64,000 nucleotides of DNA, from positions 19,695 to 83,694 of the forward strand of contig CAZXXS010000048.1 in the NCBI GenBank assembly GCA_964644845.1. The letters are read 5' to 3'. Numbering within the stretch: the stretch's first letter is position 1; the number at the start of each line of letters is the position of its first letter. The position numbers were made by a program, and so were the translations under genes. The stretch comes from an uncultured Cytophagia bacterium. GTDB lineage: Bacteria > Zhuqueibacterota > Zhuqueibacteria > Oleimicrobiales > Geothermoviventaceae. Below, in pieces: positions 28,194 to 38,885 of this stretch. The notes under the pieces are model-generated. The model made no database searches. It was not told where the DNA came from and was given only the letters and a program-made list of their open reading frames with translations.

Positions 28194-28631
28194 CTAACTG
28201 TCCAGAATGATCGTCACCGGGCCGTCGTTGTGGATCTCAACCAGCATCATGGCACCGAACACACCCTGCTCGACCCGTAATCCGCTTTTCTTGAGCTGTT
28301 GCACAAAACGATCAAAAAGCGGGTTCGACACTTCGGGTGGCGCTGCCTTCACAAAGCTCGGCCGCCTCCCGCGGCTCGCATCCGCGTAGAGGGTAAACTG
28401 CGAAACAGCCAGAAGCTCGCCACTGACGTCCAGAGCGGAGAGATTCATCTTGCCGTTAACGTCTTCGAAAATCCGCAGATTCACGCACTTGTCCGCAAGG
28501 TAGTCCGCGTCTTTCTCCGTGTCGCCGTGTTTTACACCGACCAGGATGACCAGTCCCTTCCCGATGGCACCGACGATTTCGCCATCCACGCTCACGGAAG
28601 CCTTGCGCACTCTTTGAATGACTACTCGCAT
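28194..28631 (-). CDS. dtd: D-aminoacyl-tRNA deacylase
   Basis: [31 protein letters not shown]. Start ATG 28631. The track ORF extends to 28667. Confidence 0.9.
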   Translation of the reverse strand: MRVVIQRVRKASVSVDGEIVGAIGKGLVILVGVKHGDTEKDADYLADKCVNLRIFEDVNGKMNLSALDVSGELLAVSQFTLYADASRGRRPSFVKAAPPEVSNPLFDRFVQQLKKSGLRVEQGVFGAMMLVEIHNDGPVTIILDS

Positions 28632-28632
28632 C

Positions 28633-29484
28633 TCAGCGTCCCAGGTAAATCGCCACGAGTCCCACAAGCATGTCCGCCTTCAGCAAATTGCTCAGACGAG
28701 CCAGGTGAGAAGGCTCCACGCTGCGCCAGAAAGCCCAAACGGCGTAGACCAGTACCGTGTCCACGCCGAACAGAACAATCAAAAAGTACACGAGGTCGTA
28801 CACTCCCACCAGGTACGGCAACCACGTGGCCACGATCAAAACAGAAAAAACCGCCGTGACCACCGTCTGGGCTGCGCGTACACCGTGCACCACAGGAAGC
28901 GTACGGGCTGAACCAACGCGGTCGCCGCGTACATCTTCCACATCCTTTACCACCTCACGGCCCAGATGAAAGAGAAATGCAAATCCCGCCGGAATCAGAG
29001 CCTCCTTCACCCGTCGCACTGCCAGACCGCCGTACACGAACGCCAGCGCCGAAACAACACTGACCGTCAGGTTGCCCCAGAGAACCGTGCGCTTCAGTCT
29101 GGCGCTGTACAAAATCAGCAACGCCGACGCCGAGGCCGCCACAGCCACAGCCGCCCAGCCGATCGGCACCGCCACAAGCATGCCAACCGCTATCAGGGTA
29201 AAGGCAAAGCCGAAGGCCTCTGCGCGTGACACGCGCCCCGAGGGAATCGGACGTTCCGGTTTATTCACCCTGTCAATTTCTACATCGTAGGCGTCGTTGA
29301 CGGCGTTGCCGCCCGCACCGATCAACGTGCCGGAGAATGCCGCCAGCAACACCCGCCACAACGGCTGAACCGTACCGGTTACGGCCGCCCCGAGAAAAAT
29401 GGACAAAAACGCAATCAGCCCGTTGACGGGCCGCATAAGCGCAACGAAGCCTGAAAATCTACCCACCAATGCCAGACCCTTCAT
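28633..29484 (-). CDS. UbiA-family aromatic/isoprenoid prenyltransferase
   Basis: [24 protein letters not shown] (NDxxDxxxD) plus multiple TM helices. Confidence 0.85.
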   Translation of the reverse strand: MKGLALVGRFSGFVALMRPVNGLIAFLSIFLGAAVTGTVQPLWRVLLAAFSGTLIGAGGNAVNDAYDVEIDRVNKPERPIPSGRVSRAEAFGFAFTLIAVGMLVAVPIGWAAVAVAASASALLILYSARLKRTVLWGNLTVSVVSALAFVYGGLAVRRVKEALIPAGFAFLFHLGREVVKDVEDVRGDRVGSARTLPVVHGVRAAQTVVTAVFSVLIVATWLPYLVGVYDLVYFLIVLFGVDTVLVYAVWAFWRSVEPSHLARLSNLLKADMLVGLVAIYLGR

Positions 29485-29858
29485 CCAGACGCATACGAAA
29501 AAGGCCGCCAGATCTGCTCGCCGGCAGCCCCTACCCTAAGCCAATTTAACCGAGGACAGCCCAAAAAGCAAGGCAATTTTGCCCCGCCACGCGGACACAG
29601 ACGCAGCTCGCCCTCTGCAGTCGAACTCGACCTTGGTGGCAGCACCCGCGTCCCCTCGGATCCACCTGCCCCTTTCTGAGGTTGCTTCGACTGCACATTC
29701 CCGTTTTCTGGTCCGGCCCAACCCGTGCCCAGGCACGTTCACCAGGCATTTCAATTTCGTCCCGGTGACTCAAGATTACGTAGCACCGCCCCGGACAATC
29801 AATCTCCCGGTCTGTTCCTTGCGCCGGCCACAGGTACGCTACCTTACGGAATTGCCGT

Positions 29859-31670
29859 TCAGAATTCCGCCACCAGGGTAACGTGTACTTTTCCCGTTGC
29901 AAACGTGTCTCCCTGGCCGAGGCCGTAGTCCACGCCCAGTATCCCCAGGCGCGTTTCCAACCGCACACCAACACCGTAACCTGCACGCCACAGCAGTCGT
30001 CCCGGTGCAGCAATTCGGCCGAGGTCCACAAACGTGTACGCCCAGCTCCGCGGCCCAAGCAGGGTGCGAAACTCGAGATTCGACCAGACCAGGGAGGTAC
30101 CGCTGAACTGATCTTCGCGGTAACCTCGCAGGGTCCGCGCGCCGCCAAGCCGGAATTGCTCGGAGAGTGGCACATCCCGACGGCTGGTCTGCAACTGCCG
30201 CACGTGTCCACGCAGGGCCGCGATCTGGCGACGGAAGACCGGCAGGTAAATCTCCAGGTCGAGGTCCACCTCTCTGTCTGTCCGCCACTCTCGCGCTTTC
30301 GAGCCCGAGGTCGCATTCAGGTAGCGTCGTCGCCAGCGCCGGACCGTGGTGTTAAAGTAAGCTCCGCGCGTGGGGAAAAGCATGTCGTCCCGCCGGTCAA
30401 CCTCGAGACCGACGGAAACCGCCAGAGCGTCGCTCCTCGGAATGCCGAACTGTCGTCCCCAAAGCGAGTCGGGCATCACAGAACGTTGTTCCAGACGTCC
30501 AAAAACTCGCCAGTCCCGCACAGCAACGGAACTCACCCCGAGCTTCCAGCACCGTTCCACGTAGGTGCTGTCCTGCACTTTCTGCGCAAAACCCACTTCC
30601 CCACCGAGAGGCAACTTCCAGATGAACGGTTCTGCGTAGCTCAGTGACAAGTCCTGGCTAAGCCTGTCCCGGCGTCGCCAAAAGACGTTCAGCCTCCGCC
30701 CCGTGCCAAAAAGGTTCCCAAGTCCAACGTCCACAAGGCCCGTAAAAAAACCCGGCCTTCCCAGTTTCCCGGGAACGTAACCCAAAACACCGTCCACGCG
30801 GTTTGTCCGCGCCTCTTCGATCCACAGGTCGAGAAGCGCCAGACTGTCGTTCAGCGCGCTGAGCTGCCACCCGCTCACCGCTTGCACGTACGGCAGCCGC
30901 TCCAGGCGTGACAACCCCTCCAGCAATCGCCGCTGAGAAAAAACTGACCCCCGCGGCACGTTCAGAATGCGCGCCAGAAAACCCGGGCGGGTTTGCACAG
31001 TTCCGTGGAACTGAACCCGGTCGACCCGAACGCGCTTGCCCGGATCCAGGTCCACCCCGAGCCACACGGTGTCCTCTCCCGCAGCCACGACAACCGAATC
31101 GATCTCAAGCAGGAAGAAAGGATGCCCGTTTTCCAACAGTGACGACCGAACACCAACCAGAGCATCCCGAAGCTGGTCTTCGTCCAGAGTTTGGCCCTGC
31201 AGTCTCTGAACGGGGCCCAGTTCGGGAACACGCTCACCGTTAACCAGCCCACCGAAAAGCACACGTGGTCCAGGGGAAAAGTACATGTCCAAAGTGCTCA
31301 CGCGGGTGCCTGCGTGTCCACACGTCCGCCACACGGCGGAGTCGATTCGGGCAAACCAAAAACCTGCGCTTTGGAGAACCTCGAGGTACTTCAGAGCAAG
31401 AGTGCGGACTGCCTCTGCGTCGGGCTCAATCTGTTCCGGTAGGCCTTCGACAGCCAGACTTTCAGGCCAACCGTGGCTTACAACCGAAACCTTGGCTCCC
31501 TGCCCCTGGACCGAGCCTCTCCCCAGCACACCCAGGAACACGAAAAGAACGGTCCAGCTTCTCAGCAAGCGCCGGAATCGCGCACCCGTACCCACAGATC
31601 CAAGAGCCATGCTTGTCAAACCAGGCGCCCGCAAACCTGGAGCAGACATTTTCGCTCTCGTCCTTCTCAA
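29859..31670 (-). CDS. Omp85-family outer-membrane protein, TamA-like (3 POTRA-sized N-region + D15 barrel)
   Basis: 603 aa, signal peptide, C-terminal barrel ending ..VTLVAEF. ATGA overlap with the upstream gene stop. Confidence 0.8.
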   Translation of the reverse strand: MRRTRAKMSAPGLRAPGLTSMALGSVGTGARFRRLLRSWTVLFVFLGVLGRGSVQGQGAKVSVVSHGWPESLAVEGLPEQIEPDAEAVRTLALKYLEVLQSAGFWFARIDSAVWRTCGHAGTRVSTLDMYFSPGPRVLFGGLVNGERVPELGPVQRLQGQTLDEDQLRDALVGVRSSLLENGHPFFLLEIDSVVVAAGEDTVWLGVDLDPGKRVRVDRVQFHGTVQTRPGFLARILNVPRGSVFSQRRLLEGLSRLERLPYVQAVSGWQLSALNDSLALLDLWIEEARTNRVDGVLGYVPGKLGRPGFFTGLVDVGLGNLFGTGRRLNVFWRRRDRLSQDLSLSYAEPFIWKLPLGGEVGFAQKVQDSTYVERCWKLGVSSVAVRDWRVFGRLEQRSVMPDSLWGRQFGIPRSDALAVSVGLEVDRRDDMLFPTRGAYFNTTVRRWRRRYLNATSGSKAREWRTDREVDLDLEIYLPVFRRQIAALRGHVRQLQTSRRDVPLSEQFRLGGARTLRGYREDQFSGTSLVWSNLEFRTLLGPRSWAYTFVDLGRIAAPGRLLWRAGYGVGVRLETRLGILGVDYGLGQGDTFATGKVHVTLVAEF

Positions 31671-34600
31671 AAGTACGCCCTCACTTCTGCCTGCATTCTG
31701 TGGACCGTACGTGGTCGAAACGGGTCTGAACGTCCAACGTAGCTCACGCTGGCCATTAACCCGTTGCTCAGGCGGTACTCAAAACGTGCGCGCCACTCAG
31801 CTGAAAGTCCGGGTTCCAACCCCTCGGCCATTTCGTAGGGAATCGCGCGGCCTTCTGGTTTCGCCGCCAGGCTTGCGACACGCGTTTCCAGCCGCAGGCG
31901 ACCTTTTTCGCGAAAAGCGAAGGTCATTCGAGGCGCAAAGCGCAGCAGCTTCACCCTGGTTTCTGGCTTTGGGACCCGGTCCTTCGCCTCGAGGACTTCC
32001 AGTTGCGCCCCGATTTCCCAGGCCGAACCCACGCGGTAGGAGATTTCGAAGCTCCCGCTTTCCCTCTGGATGTCGCGATCTTGCCGGAATCCACCGTGGA
32101 AACCCCGCTGCGTGCCGCTTTTTTGGAATTCCACGCGGAAAGCTAACGCGCGAACAGGGCTGAACAGGACCATCAGTGAACGCAGGTCATCCACATTTTC
32201 TTGCCCGCCCTCAAGCAGCCGGTTGTTCAACGCCTCTCGGTGTCGCCACCGCAGTCGCACGCTTCCGTCCCGCCTCCCCCGCCGGTAGTACACGTCGTGC
32301 TGGCTAAACCACACGCCCACCAACGTGTAGCGTGGATCCCGGAATACTCTTGTGTGCAAGAGGTAGATCTCGCGCGGTTGAGGGTACTGGGTCTTTTCCT
32401 CAAGCCGGAGCGCACTCTCTGTGCTGATCTGTCGAGCCACGCGCCGCCACAGGCGCCCCGATCGCTTCGGCCGGAAGAAACGCGCCAGGTTCGTCCGTAC
32501 TACCGCCCCTGTTCTCAGGTCCACAACCGGTAGGTAGTCGTCTGTTGTCACAAGTCGAAGGATGTAGTCGCCGTAGGGATCGGGCACGTACTCGTTGTAA
32601 GCCGAATCAAAGCGGTAATTTCCGCGTCCCGGTTCAACTTTCAGGAACACACGCTCCTGGCGGGCAACTTGGGTGTTCGAAATCTGGTAATGCCAGCTCG
32701 CCTGAACCGCCCGTCTGAGCGGACTCCAGCGAAGAGAAAGGTCGGCCAGATCGGTCCGCGCGTTGGGCATAGTGTCGTCTTTGTAGCGCCGCTCCCGGTG
32801 TGTGACGTCCAGACGCAGAGAGAAAGCCCGCGTCCCTTTCAGTTCGCCACGGAAATTGTGCGTTGTAGCTACGGAAAAGGGCCGCACTGCCTCCTGCCTC
32901 AGCCTGTCGTCCACGCGGCGTTCTGAGTACCAACCCAAGGCCAGACGTTTTCCCCGAGCGACATCCACACCCACGCGCCAGCGGTTGAAACGAAAAGCGT
33001 CAGCCAGCGAATCAGCGGCGGCTTCAGACCGTCGTTCAGCCTCGTAGTCCACAAAAGGTCGGAGCCAACCGCTTCTGAACCGAAGGTTGCCCCGACGGCG
33101 TACCCAGGTCCCGGAAGAACCAGGCCCAACGTTTCGGTCAATCCACACCTGACGCACGTTCAGCGCTGGCCAGCCGCGACGGTCAAAGCTAACCACCGCT
33201 TCCGAACGCGAAGATCGAAAACCTCCCGGCTTGGTGAGATGTCCCGCCGAGAAACGTGACGCCAGGCCCCACGAAAGATTCAGTTCCCCACCCGTCTCCA
33301 GAACGGTCTCTTCTCGGTTGGTGTGATCGGGCAAATCCCAGCGTCTGTTGTACTCCACCTGTTGCGTACGGTCGACATCGTGGAAGCGCGGGCCCACCCG
33401 TCGGAACAGGCCATGCCACGCAAAGTCGCCAAAGCGGCCCAGCTGCGGATGCAACGAAGCGGTGAGGACGCCTGCTGCACCCAGGTTGTCCGCGTCGTCC
33501 AGTGTTGAGTACAGGTTCTTGTCGTACCTGCTGACAGCCCACTGAGCCTGAACTTTGCCGCTCTTGCCAAAAACCATCTGCGCAGCCGAAACCACTTCCT
33601 CTTCGCACTGCGCCAACGGCAGCCGGATGACCGGCAGGTAACGGCCTCGACCTGGCCCCACGTACTCAAAAATCCCCACACCGCGGTACCGGTAGTCACC
33701 GTGCCCTTCGCCAACGTCCGAAAAGCGTACGCGGTAGTCACCCTGCCCCCGCCCTACGTAAACGAACACACTGTCCCGAAAAACGTAGTTGCCTTTGCCT
33801 TCCCCGACATGCTCCGCACCATCCACGAAGGCCTTCCACGGATCGTCTCCGGCGCGGCGCAAAGCGGCCAAACGCTGTGCATTCAACACAAAACCCACAG
33901 GGTTCTTGCCGTCGTCGCTCTCGCGAACGTAGGTCGTGCGCCAGTGAAAGCGTCCCACGTCGTGTTGATTGCCAAGCCTGACCGCGTACAAGCTGCGGCG
34001 GAACTGCTCGTCGGAGTACTGGAAATCCACCTCAATGCGGGAGTCCGCCGTGATCAAACGGTGTCGGGTGAACGTGATTTCGCCGGTGCTGTAGTCGATC
34101 ACGTAGTCGTGGTCTTCACCGCGGACCATCCGCACACCGTCCACCCACACGCGTTCCGTACCGGCGAGCACAATGATGTCCGTCCGGCCATCTTCACCGT
34201 GTAGCCGGTACGGCCCTTGAACGCCTTCCTGCCCCATGAAGCGGTTCGTCGTGAAACGACCCCGCGAGGCAGCACCCGACAGAATGCCTTCCAAGCCGCG
34301 TCCCTGCAGACGGAGCATCCCGCCCTGGAGCTTGCGGTGGTAGCGTTCGAATTCCCGACCCGGAAGGTCCAGCTCGAAATCGCCCAGCGTCGCTTTTGCA
34401 CCAGGGGCTTCAATCTCAACGAAAACTTTGTCGATTTCCTGAAGCGTTTGGGTGTTCCCCTCTGGCTGCAAAGGTGTATTTTGATCGGTCAGCGACGCCG
34501 TAACGTTGACTTTGTCGGCCACTTTTCCGGACAGCTGCAGCCGAAGCCCAGACTGCAGTGTAAGGCCCCTGTCTGACCCGAAGTTGATCCCACGGACTAC

Positions 34601-35134
34601 ACTTCCGCTTTGGCGCAACCCCTTTTGCGGACTCCAGAGCGCTACGTTGCGTCGGCTTTTCCTTGCCGGCGGCGGACCAGCTCTCAGCCGTTCAACGTAG
34701 CGACGGTAAGGTAAACCGTACCAGCGCCACGGAATTTGGAGAGGCAAAACCTGGTAGCGGATTTCCAGAGAATCCGACGGAGGGCGACAAAGGAGGCGAA
34801 GCAGCCGGTGCCGCAGGGAAACGCTGTAACAGGAATCCGGCAAGACGCGACCTCTGGCAAACAGCTGCACACTTCCGGCAACGATGAAACTGTCGGGCAG
34901 AGCCAGCATTGAGTCGGCTGGACCAACGACAACCGTGAAACTCCGGTTGTGGAGGGAAAGATCGCGCAAGAAGGTCGAGTCAGGCCTGATCCCGGCCGGA
35001 AGCGAAAGGGGAAGAACAAACGCACTCAGGAGCACCACCGTAAGCAACAGAACGTACGGCAGCCCGTGGTGCGGGATTCTAAGGGGTTTGCTGAACGTCA
35101 AAGTTGTACCGCAAGATCTGAGGGCCGGCGGCAT
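31667..35134 (-). CDS. 1155-aa outer-membrane/periplasm-spanning beta-rich protein, TamB/AsmA-like or giant beta-barrel (family unresolved)
   Basis: N-terminal hydrophobic anchor. Predominantly beta sequence. C-terminal aromatic (..AEVRAYF). Translationally coupled to the TamA-like gene. Confidence 0.6.
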   Translation of the reverse strand: MPPALRSCGTTLTFSKPLRIPHHGLPYVLLLTVVLLSAFVLPLSLPAGIRPDSTFLRDLSLHNRSFTVVVGPADSMLALPDSFIVAGSVQLFARGRVLPDSCYSVSLRHRLLRLLCRPPSDSLEIRYQVLPLQIPWRWYGLPYRRYVERLRAGPPPARKSRRNVALWSPQKGLRQSGSVVRGINFGSDRGLTLQSGLRLQLSGKVADKVNVTASLTDQNTPLQPEGNTQTLQEIDKVFVEIEAPGAKATLGDFELDLPGREFERYHRKLQGGMLRLQGRGLEGILSGAASRGRFTTNRFMGQEGVQGPYRLHGEDGRTDIIVLAGTERVWVDGVRMVRGEDHDYVIDYSTGEITFTRHRLITADSRIEVDFQYSDEQFRRSLYAVRLGNQHDVGRFHWRTTYVRESDDGKNPVGFVLNAQRLAALRRAGDDPWKAFVDGAEHVGEGKGNYVFRDSVFVYVGRGQGDYRVRFSDVGEGHGDYRYRGVGIFEYVGPGRGRYLPVIRLPLAQCEEEVVSAAQMVFGKSGKVQAQWAVSRYDKNLYSTLDDADNLGAAGVLTASLHPQLGRFGDFAWHGLFRRVGPRFHDVDRTQQVEYNRRWDLPDHTNREETVLETGGELNLSWGLASRFSAGHLTKPGGFRSSRSEAVVSFDRRGWPALNVRQVWIDRNVGPGSSGTWVRRRGNLRFRSGWLRPFVDYEAERRSEAAADSLADAFRFNRWRVGVDVARGKRLALGWYSERRVDDRLRQEAVRPFSVATTHNFRGELKGTRAFSLRLDVTHRERRYKDDTMPNARTDLADLSLRWSPLRRAVQASWHYQISNTQVARQERVFLKVEPGRGNYRFDSAYNEYVPDPYGDYILRLVTTDDYLPVVDLRTGAVVRTNLARFFRPKRSGRLWRRVARQISTESALRLEEKTQYPQPREIYLLHTRVFRDPRYTLVGVWFSQHDVYYRRGRRDGSVRLRWRHREALNNRLLEGGQENVDDLRSLMVLFSPVRALAFRVEFQKSGTQRGFHGGFRQDRDIQRESGSFEISYRVGSAWEIGAQLEVLEAKDRVPKPETRVKLLRFAPRMTFAFREKGRLRLETRVASLAAKPEGRAIPYEMAEGLEPGLSAEWRARFEYRLSNGLMASVSYVGRSDPFRPRTVHRMQAEVRAYF

Positions 35135-36047
35135 CCAGAATCAACACGTGCTCACCGTGCACCGCCACGTCGGTCGGCTGCTTGGGCGGGTTGGAAACGA
35201 ACGTGTCGGGGCAGAGACGTGCCCTGAAGAAAGCCAAAAATCCCACCTCGAGGTCAGCCACGAACACCAGACTGTCCCCGGAGCAAGCTAAGCCAACGGG
35301 TTTTCGAAGCAGGTTCTCTCCGTAGCTGCCCAGGTAGTTGCCGAAAAAATCGAAGAGCACGACCCGGTGTGCCACGGAGTCGACAACCACCACACGGCTG
35401 GCCCCATCCAGTTCCAGGCGCGTCGGGTCCGAAAGCTGGCCGTCACCAGACTCGATATCGCCAAAACTGTCGACGGGCTCGCCCAGCGCGTCGAAACGCA
35501 GAATCCGGCGGTTCTCACGCTCGGCCAGGAAAAGGTCACCATGCTCACCCTGCGCAATCGACACCGGGTACCCGAAAGTCCACGGCGAGCTAAGTTTGTG
35601 TCCAACCACAGAGGCCAGGTAGTTGAGGTCTTTGTCGTAACGCTCAAGACGATGGTTGTTAAAGTCGCACACGTAAACATCCAGCCCGTTCGCGGCACAA
35701 ACGTCAGCCGGGTGATCAAACTGCTCGCGTCCCCAGCCGTACCCACCGACCTCGAGCAAAGAATCGCTCTGTTCCGTGATCCTCAAAACGCGATTTCTGC
35801 CGGCGTCCGTCACGTACATCCAACCCCGTGGATCCACAGCCAGCGCTGTCGGCTGTGCGTCAGGAGGCAACGGAAAAGCTCGATCGAACCGTAGAAGCAC
35901 AAAAACCTGAATTTGGCTCCTCGACCGGTCGGCAGGGTAATGTTTCCGCGTCGAGCTAGCCCAGCCCAAACTCGACGCCAGAACAAACAACACACCGGTT
36001 AGCACCAGGACTTTTGTACCTCGACTAAACAGGGGCTCACTCCACAA
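35079..36047 (-). CDS. NHL-repeat beta-propeller protein (secreted)
   Basis: Signal peptide. Repeated YVTDAGRNRVLRI / VYVCDFNNHRLERY / LFLAERENRRILRFD / VVVVDSVAHRVVLFD blades. Confidence 0.75.
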   Translation of the reverse strand: MWSEPLFSRGTKVLVLTGVLFVLASSLGWASSTRKHYPADRSRSQIQVFVLLRFDRAFPLPPDAQPTALAVDPRGWMYVTDAGRNRVLRITEQSDSLLEVGGYGWGREQFDHPADVCAANGLDVYVCDFNNHRLERYDKDLNYLASVVGHKLSSPWTFGYPVSIAQGEHGDLFLAERENRRILRFDALGEPVDSFGDIESGDGQLSDPTRLELDGASRVVVVDSVAHRVVLFDFFGNYLGSYGENLLRKPVGLACSGDSLVFVADLEVGFLAFFRARLCPDTFVSNPPKQPTDVAVHGEHVLILDAAGPQILRYNFDVQQTP

Positions 36048-37719
36048 ATTGTCTCACAAAGAACTTAGGCGACAGTTCCTCTCCCGTGGCGCGGCGGATC
36101 ATCTCATCCCAGCGGTAGCGTGCACCCGGTGCAAAAACCTTCTCGACGAAAAACTGGCCAATCCGTGGATCGTTGGCAAAAGAGAGCTCGCTACTGCTCG
36201 CCTTCAGCACCCTGTCCGCCAGCGTGAAGTGGAACTGGCTGGCCAGCATCTCACCCAGCATGTAGTTGTGGTAGTAGACTGGCGCCGACGTAAAATGGAT
36301 TTTCGCTGCCCAGTCCGGCTTCCTCCGGTCTTCGGGACGGTGTAACAGTTGGTAGCGTTCTTTCAGATCCCACCACAAACCATTCAGGTCCTGGTCGGGA
36401 TTGTTGTACAGCGCCTGCTCGAAACGAAACATGACCTGGCACCAGCGCGCGAAAACAAGCTGCTGGAGTCTGAGACTTTTACGTACAGTCTCGCCGATCT
36501 GTTCTCGCTCCTCTTGCGAGATCCCCAACATGGCTTGCATCCAGGCCGGGTTGCGCGAAAGGCGGCCGAAAAACATGGCCACAGCCTCCGTGGTGAACGT
36601 ATGCGCAGGCTGTCGCAGCAGGTACGGCAACGAACGATCGATGTACTTGTCGTACACACCGTGGCCCAATTCGTGCAGAATCGTGTTCATCCAGTACTCG
36701 TCGTTGCGCAGGTTTGCCAGCACCCGAACGTCCCCTTCGCGGTCGATGTCCGTACAGAAAGCGTGTTGCTCCTTCCCTTCCTTCTCGTAAAGATCGCTTC
36801 GCGCTAAAATGTCGTCCACATCCAGACCAATCGATTTGTAGTACTTCCGCGCAACCTCCTTGATGTCGTGATCTTTGTAGTACGGATCGAGCTCTACCTC
36901 GTACACCTGTGGCCCTTCCTGGAAGAACGGATCCTGGTAGTGCCAGGGCCGAAGCTCGCTCACGCTTACGCCGTACCGCCTCGCCAGAATTGTGTCCACT
37001 TCGGCCTTCAATTGGCGGAATGGGCTCTCGGTAAGTCGCGCCAGGTCGTCGAAGATTTTCTGGAGTTCGTCCAGGTGCAGTTCGTCCAACTCCAGGCTCA
37101 TCACGTAGTAGTTCGGGAAACCCAGACTTTCCGCTGCTTGGTTCCGCAAACGCACCAACTCGATCAAATCGTTCGCTACGACTTCGCCGATCTGTTTACT
37201 AGCCTCCCAGGCTTTTCGGCGCCGGACCGAGTTCGTCTCTGTGCGCAGGATTTTGCTGATCTCGTTGTCCGGCACACGCCTGCCGTCCAGCGTGGCGCGG
37301 AACGTGTTGAACTTTTCCTCAATGGCCGTGCTTTTGCGGATGATCTGCTCGAGCAACGTTGAGTCAATCTGATTGCCAAGGTAGCTGTTGTAAACCAGCG
37401 TCAACTGCCGTGCCAGCAGCGGTTCACGAATCTTGCCCGACTCCTTCCAGCGTTTGAGCTGTTCGAAGTCCTGCCTGTTCGAGTAGATCTTACTCAGCTT
37501 CAGCCGCAATTCCTCGTAGCGCCGGTAAGCCTCGGGGCGGCCCGTGGTACTGGCCTCCCACTGCGCCAGGTTTGCTTCCTTTTCAAGAGGCTTTACCGTC
37601 TCGACATGTTGCTTCAACCACCGAGAAAATTCCTCTTCCATTTTGTTCCTTCCACATCCGCTCAGAAGTAGCGCCAATCCAAGTGAAACCGTCGTCCAAA
37701 ATGCGATTTCCCGTCGCAC
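36037..37719 (-). CDS. M2-family (ACE-like) zinc dipeptidyl carboxypeptidase, lipoprotein
   Basis: Lipobox LLLSGC. HELGH followed by ..TTEAVAM (third Zn ligand Glu), collinear with ACE HEMGH...HEAIGD. Confidence 0.7.
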   Translation of the reverse strand: MRREIAFWTTVSLGLALLLSGCGRNKMEEEFSRWLKQHVETVKPLEKEANLAQWEASTTGRPEAYRRYEELRLKLSKIYSNRQDFEQLKRWKESGKIREPLLARQLTLVYNSYLGNQIDSTLLEQIIRKSTAIEEKFNTFRATLDGRRVPDNEISKILRTETNSVRRRKAWEASKQIGEVVANDLIELVRLRNQAAESLGFPNYYVMSLELDELHLDELQKIFDDLARLTESPFRQLKAEVDTILARRYGVSVSELRPWHYQDPFFQEGPQVYEVELDPYYKDHDIKEVARKYYKSIGLDVDDILARSDLYEKEGKEQHAFCTDIDREGDVRVLANLRNDEYWMNTILHELGHGVYDKYIDRSLPYLLRQPAHTFTTEAVAMFFGRLSRNPAWMQAMLGISQEEREQIGETVRKSLRLQQLVFARWCQVMFRFEQALYNNPDQDLNGLWWDLKERYQLLHRPEDRRKPDWAAKIHFTSAPVYYHNYMLGEMLASQFHFTLADRVLKASSSELSFANDPRIGQFFVEKVFAPGARYRWDEMIRRATGEELSPKFFVRQFVE

Positions 37720-38113
37720 GGTTTTCCTCCCGGTGCTCGTTCACGTCACAAGAAGACGCGCCAATTTAGAAAACAACCCCAGCAAAAGCAAGCGACAAAG
37801 GGCGAAGGAACTGTACTGATCAGGGGTTGCCCCCAGGCCCGTTCAGGCCCGAAAGGTCCACAAGTTCCGGCGCAGGGCAGCCCGTCGGAACCGCCCGATG
37901 CGGCTTCCCGCCTTTGCCCACGCCGAACGCTCTGCGCCTCAGCGTTCCTGAACGTGGTGCGATGCCCTTTCTGTGCCCGGTGCAAAGCCTACTCCCACCA
38001 GTTTGGCTCGGGCGGGATCAGGGGCACGGTGTGTTTTTGAACTGGGGCCCCGAAAAGCCTTCTCCTGGAACAGGCTGAAGACACAAAAACACCCCGCGCA
38101 ACCCAACGCGGCA

Positions 38114-38143
38114 GAAAAAAAGCCTGCGAGTCTTCTCGCAGGC
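38114..38143 (-). terminator. rho-independent terminator (GCCTGCGAG-aagac-TCGCAGGC + TTTTTTT) after the lytic transglycosylase gene; stem also followed by T-rich tract on + (bidirectional)
   Basis: Read directly. Lies 32 bp downstream of the stop at 38175 on the minus strand. Confidence 0.55.
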
Positions 38144-38174
38144 TTTCGCTTTTTGTTTGCCCTGCACTCGGCCG

Positions 38175-38885
38175 TTACATCAACGCCCGGTACTCCTCGT
38201 AGAGCTTGACGATCGCTGGCACGTAACGGCGCGTCTCGCCGAAAAGGATGTGATCCTGTTTACCCGAAGCCAACCAACGGCTCGCTCGGCGCGCCCCACC
38301 GTTGTAAGCCGCCAGAGCCCCCTCCAGACCGTACTCGCTAACCAGGTCGGAAAGGTAGCGAGCACCAATCTTCAAGTTCTTGATTGGATCAAACAGAACA
38401 TCCTCAGCTGAGGTCCACGGAATGCCCTCCATCTGCGCCACGTAGCGCCCTGTGGACGGCATGACTTGCATCAAGCCCATGGCACCCGCCGGAGACACGA
38501 CGCGTGGGTTCCACGTGCCACCGGTTTCGTGCGTGATCACCGCACACAACAGGTCAATGGACAGGTTGTCGTACTGAAGCGAGAGGTTGTAGATCTCGTT
38601 TGCGATTCTGAACTTTTCCTGTGAAGGCATCCCTGGGTTGTACCGGTCGATGATTGAAATGACCTTCTGAATCGAGTAGTTTCGAAGCGCGTCCGCGTCC
38701 ACAACCGCCTGCAATTCGGCGACACGTTGCTCGAGCTGCTGGATCCGCGTCGTCATCCGCGCATCCACTACGTAGCCCACGCTAAATCCGACGAGTCCCA
38801 TGCCTGCGAACAACAGCAACACCGTAACGAGACCCCGCTTCACGTGCCAGCGACGGAACAATCCCATCGCCGTGCTTTTCTTCAT
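38175..38885 (-). CDS. lytic transglycosylase (SLT domain), membrane-anchored
   Basis: ETGGTWNP...AMGLMQVMPSTG is an SLT catalytic motif. ATG 38885 with GGAGGT RBS. The track ORF extends to 39005. Confidence 0.85.
   Translation of the reverse strand: MKKSTAMGLFRRWHVKRGLVTVLLLFAGMGLVGFSVGYVVDARMTTRIQQLEQRVAELQAVVDADALRNYSIQKVISIIDRYNPGMPSQEKFRIANEIYNLSLQYDNLSIDLLCAVITHETGGTWNPRVVSPAGAMGLMQVMPSTGRYVAQMEGIPWTSAEDVLFDPIKNLKIGARYLSDLVSEYGLEGALAAYNGGARRASRWLASGKQDHILFGETRRYVPAIVKLYEEYRALM

Noticed and set aside
29546-30316. Cluster of overlapping ORFs (29546-30316 -, 29883-30647 +, 30908-31243 + etc.) within the Omp85 gene region
   Set aside because: All overlap the well-supported TamA-like gene. 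Arg/Pro-rich junk translations.
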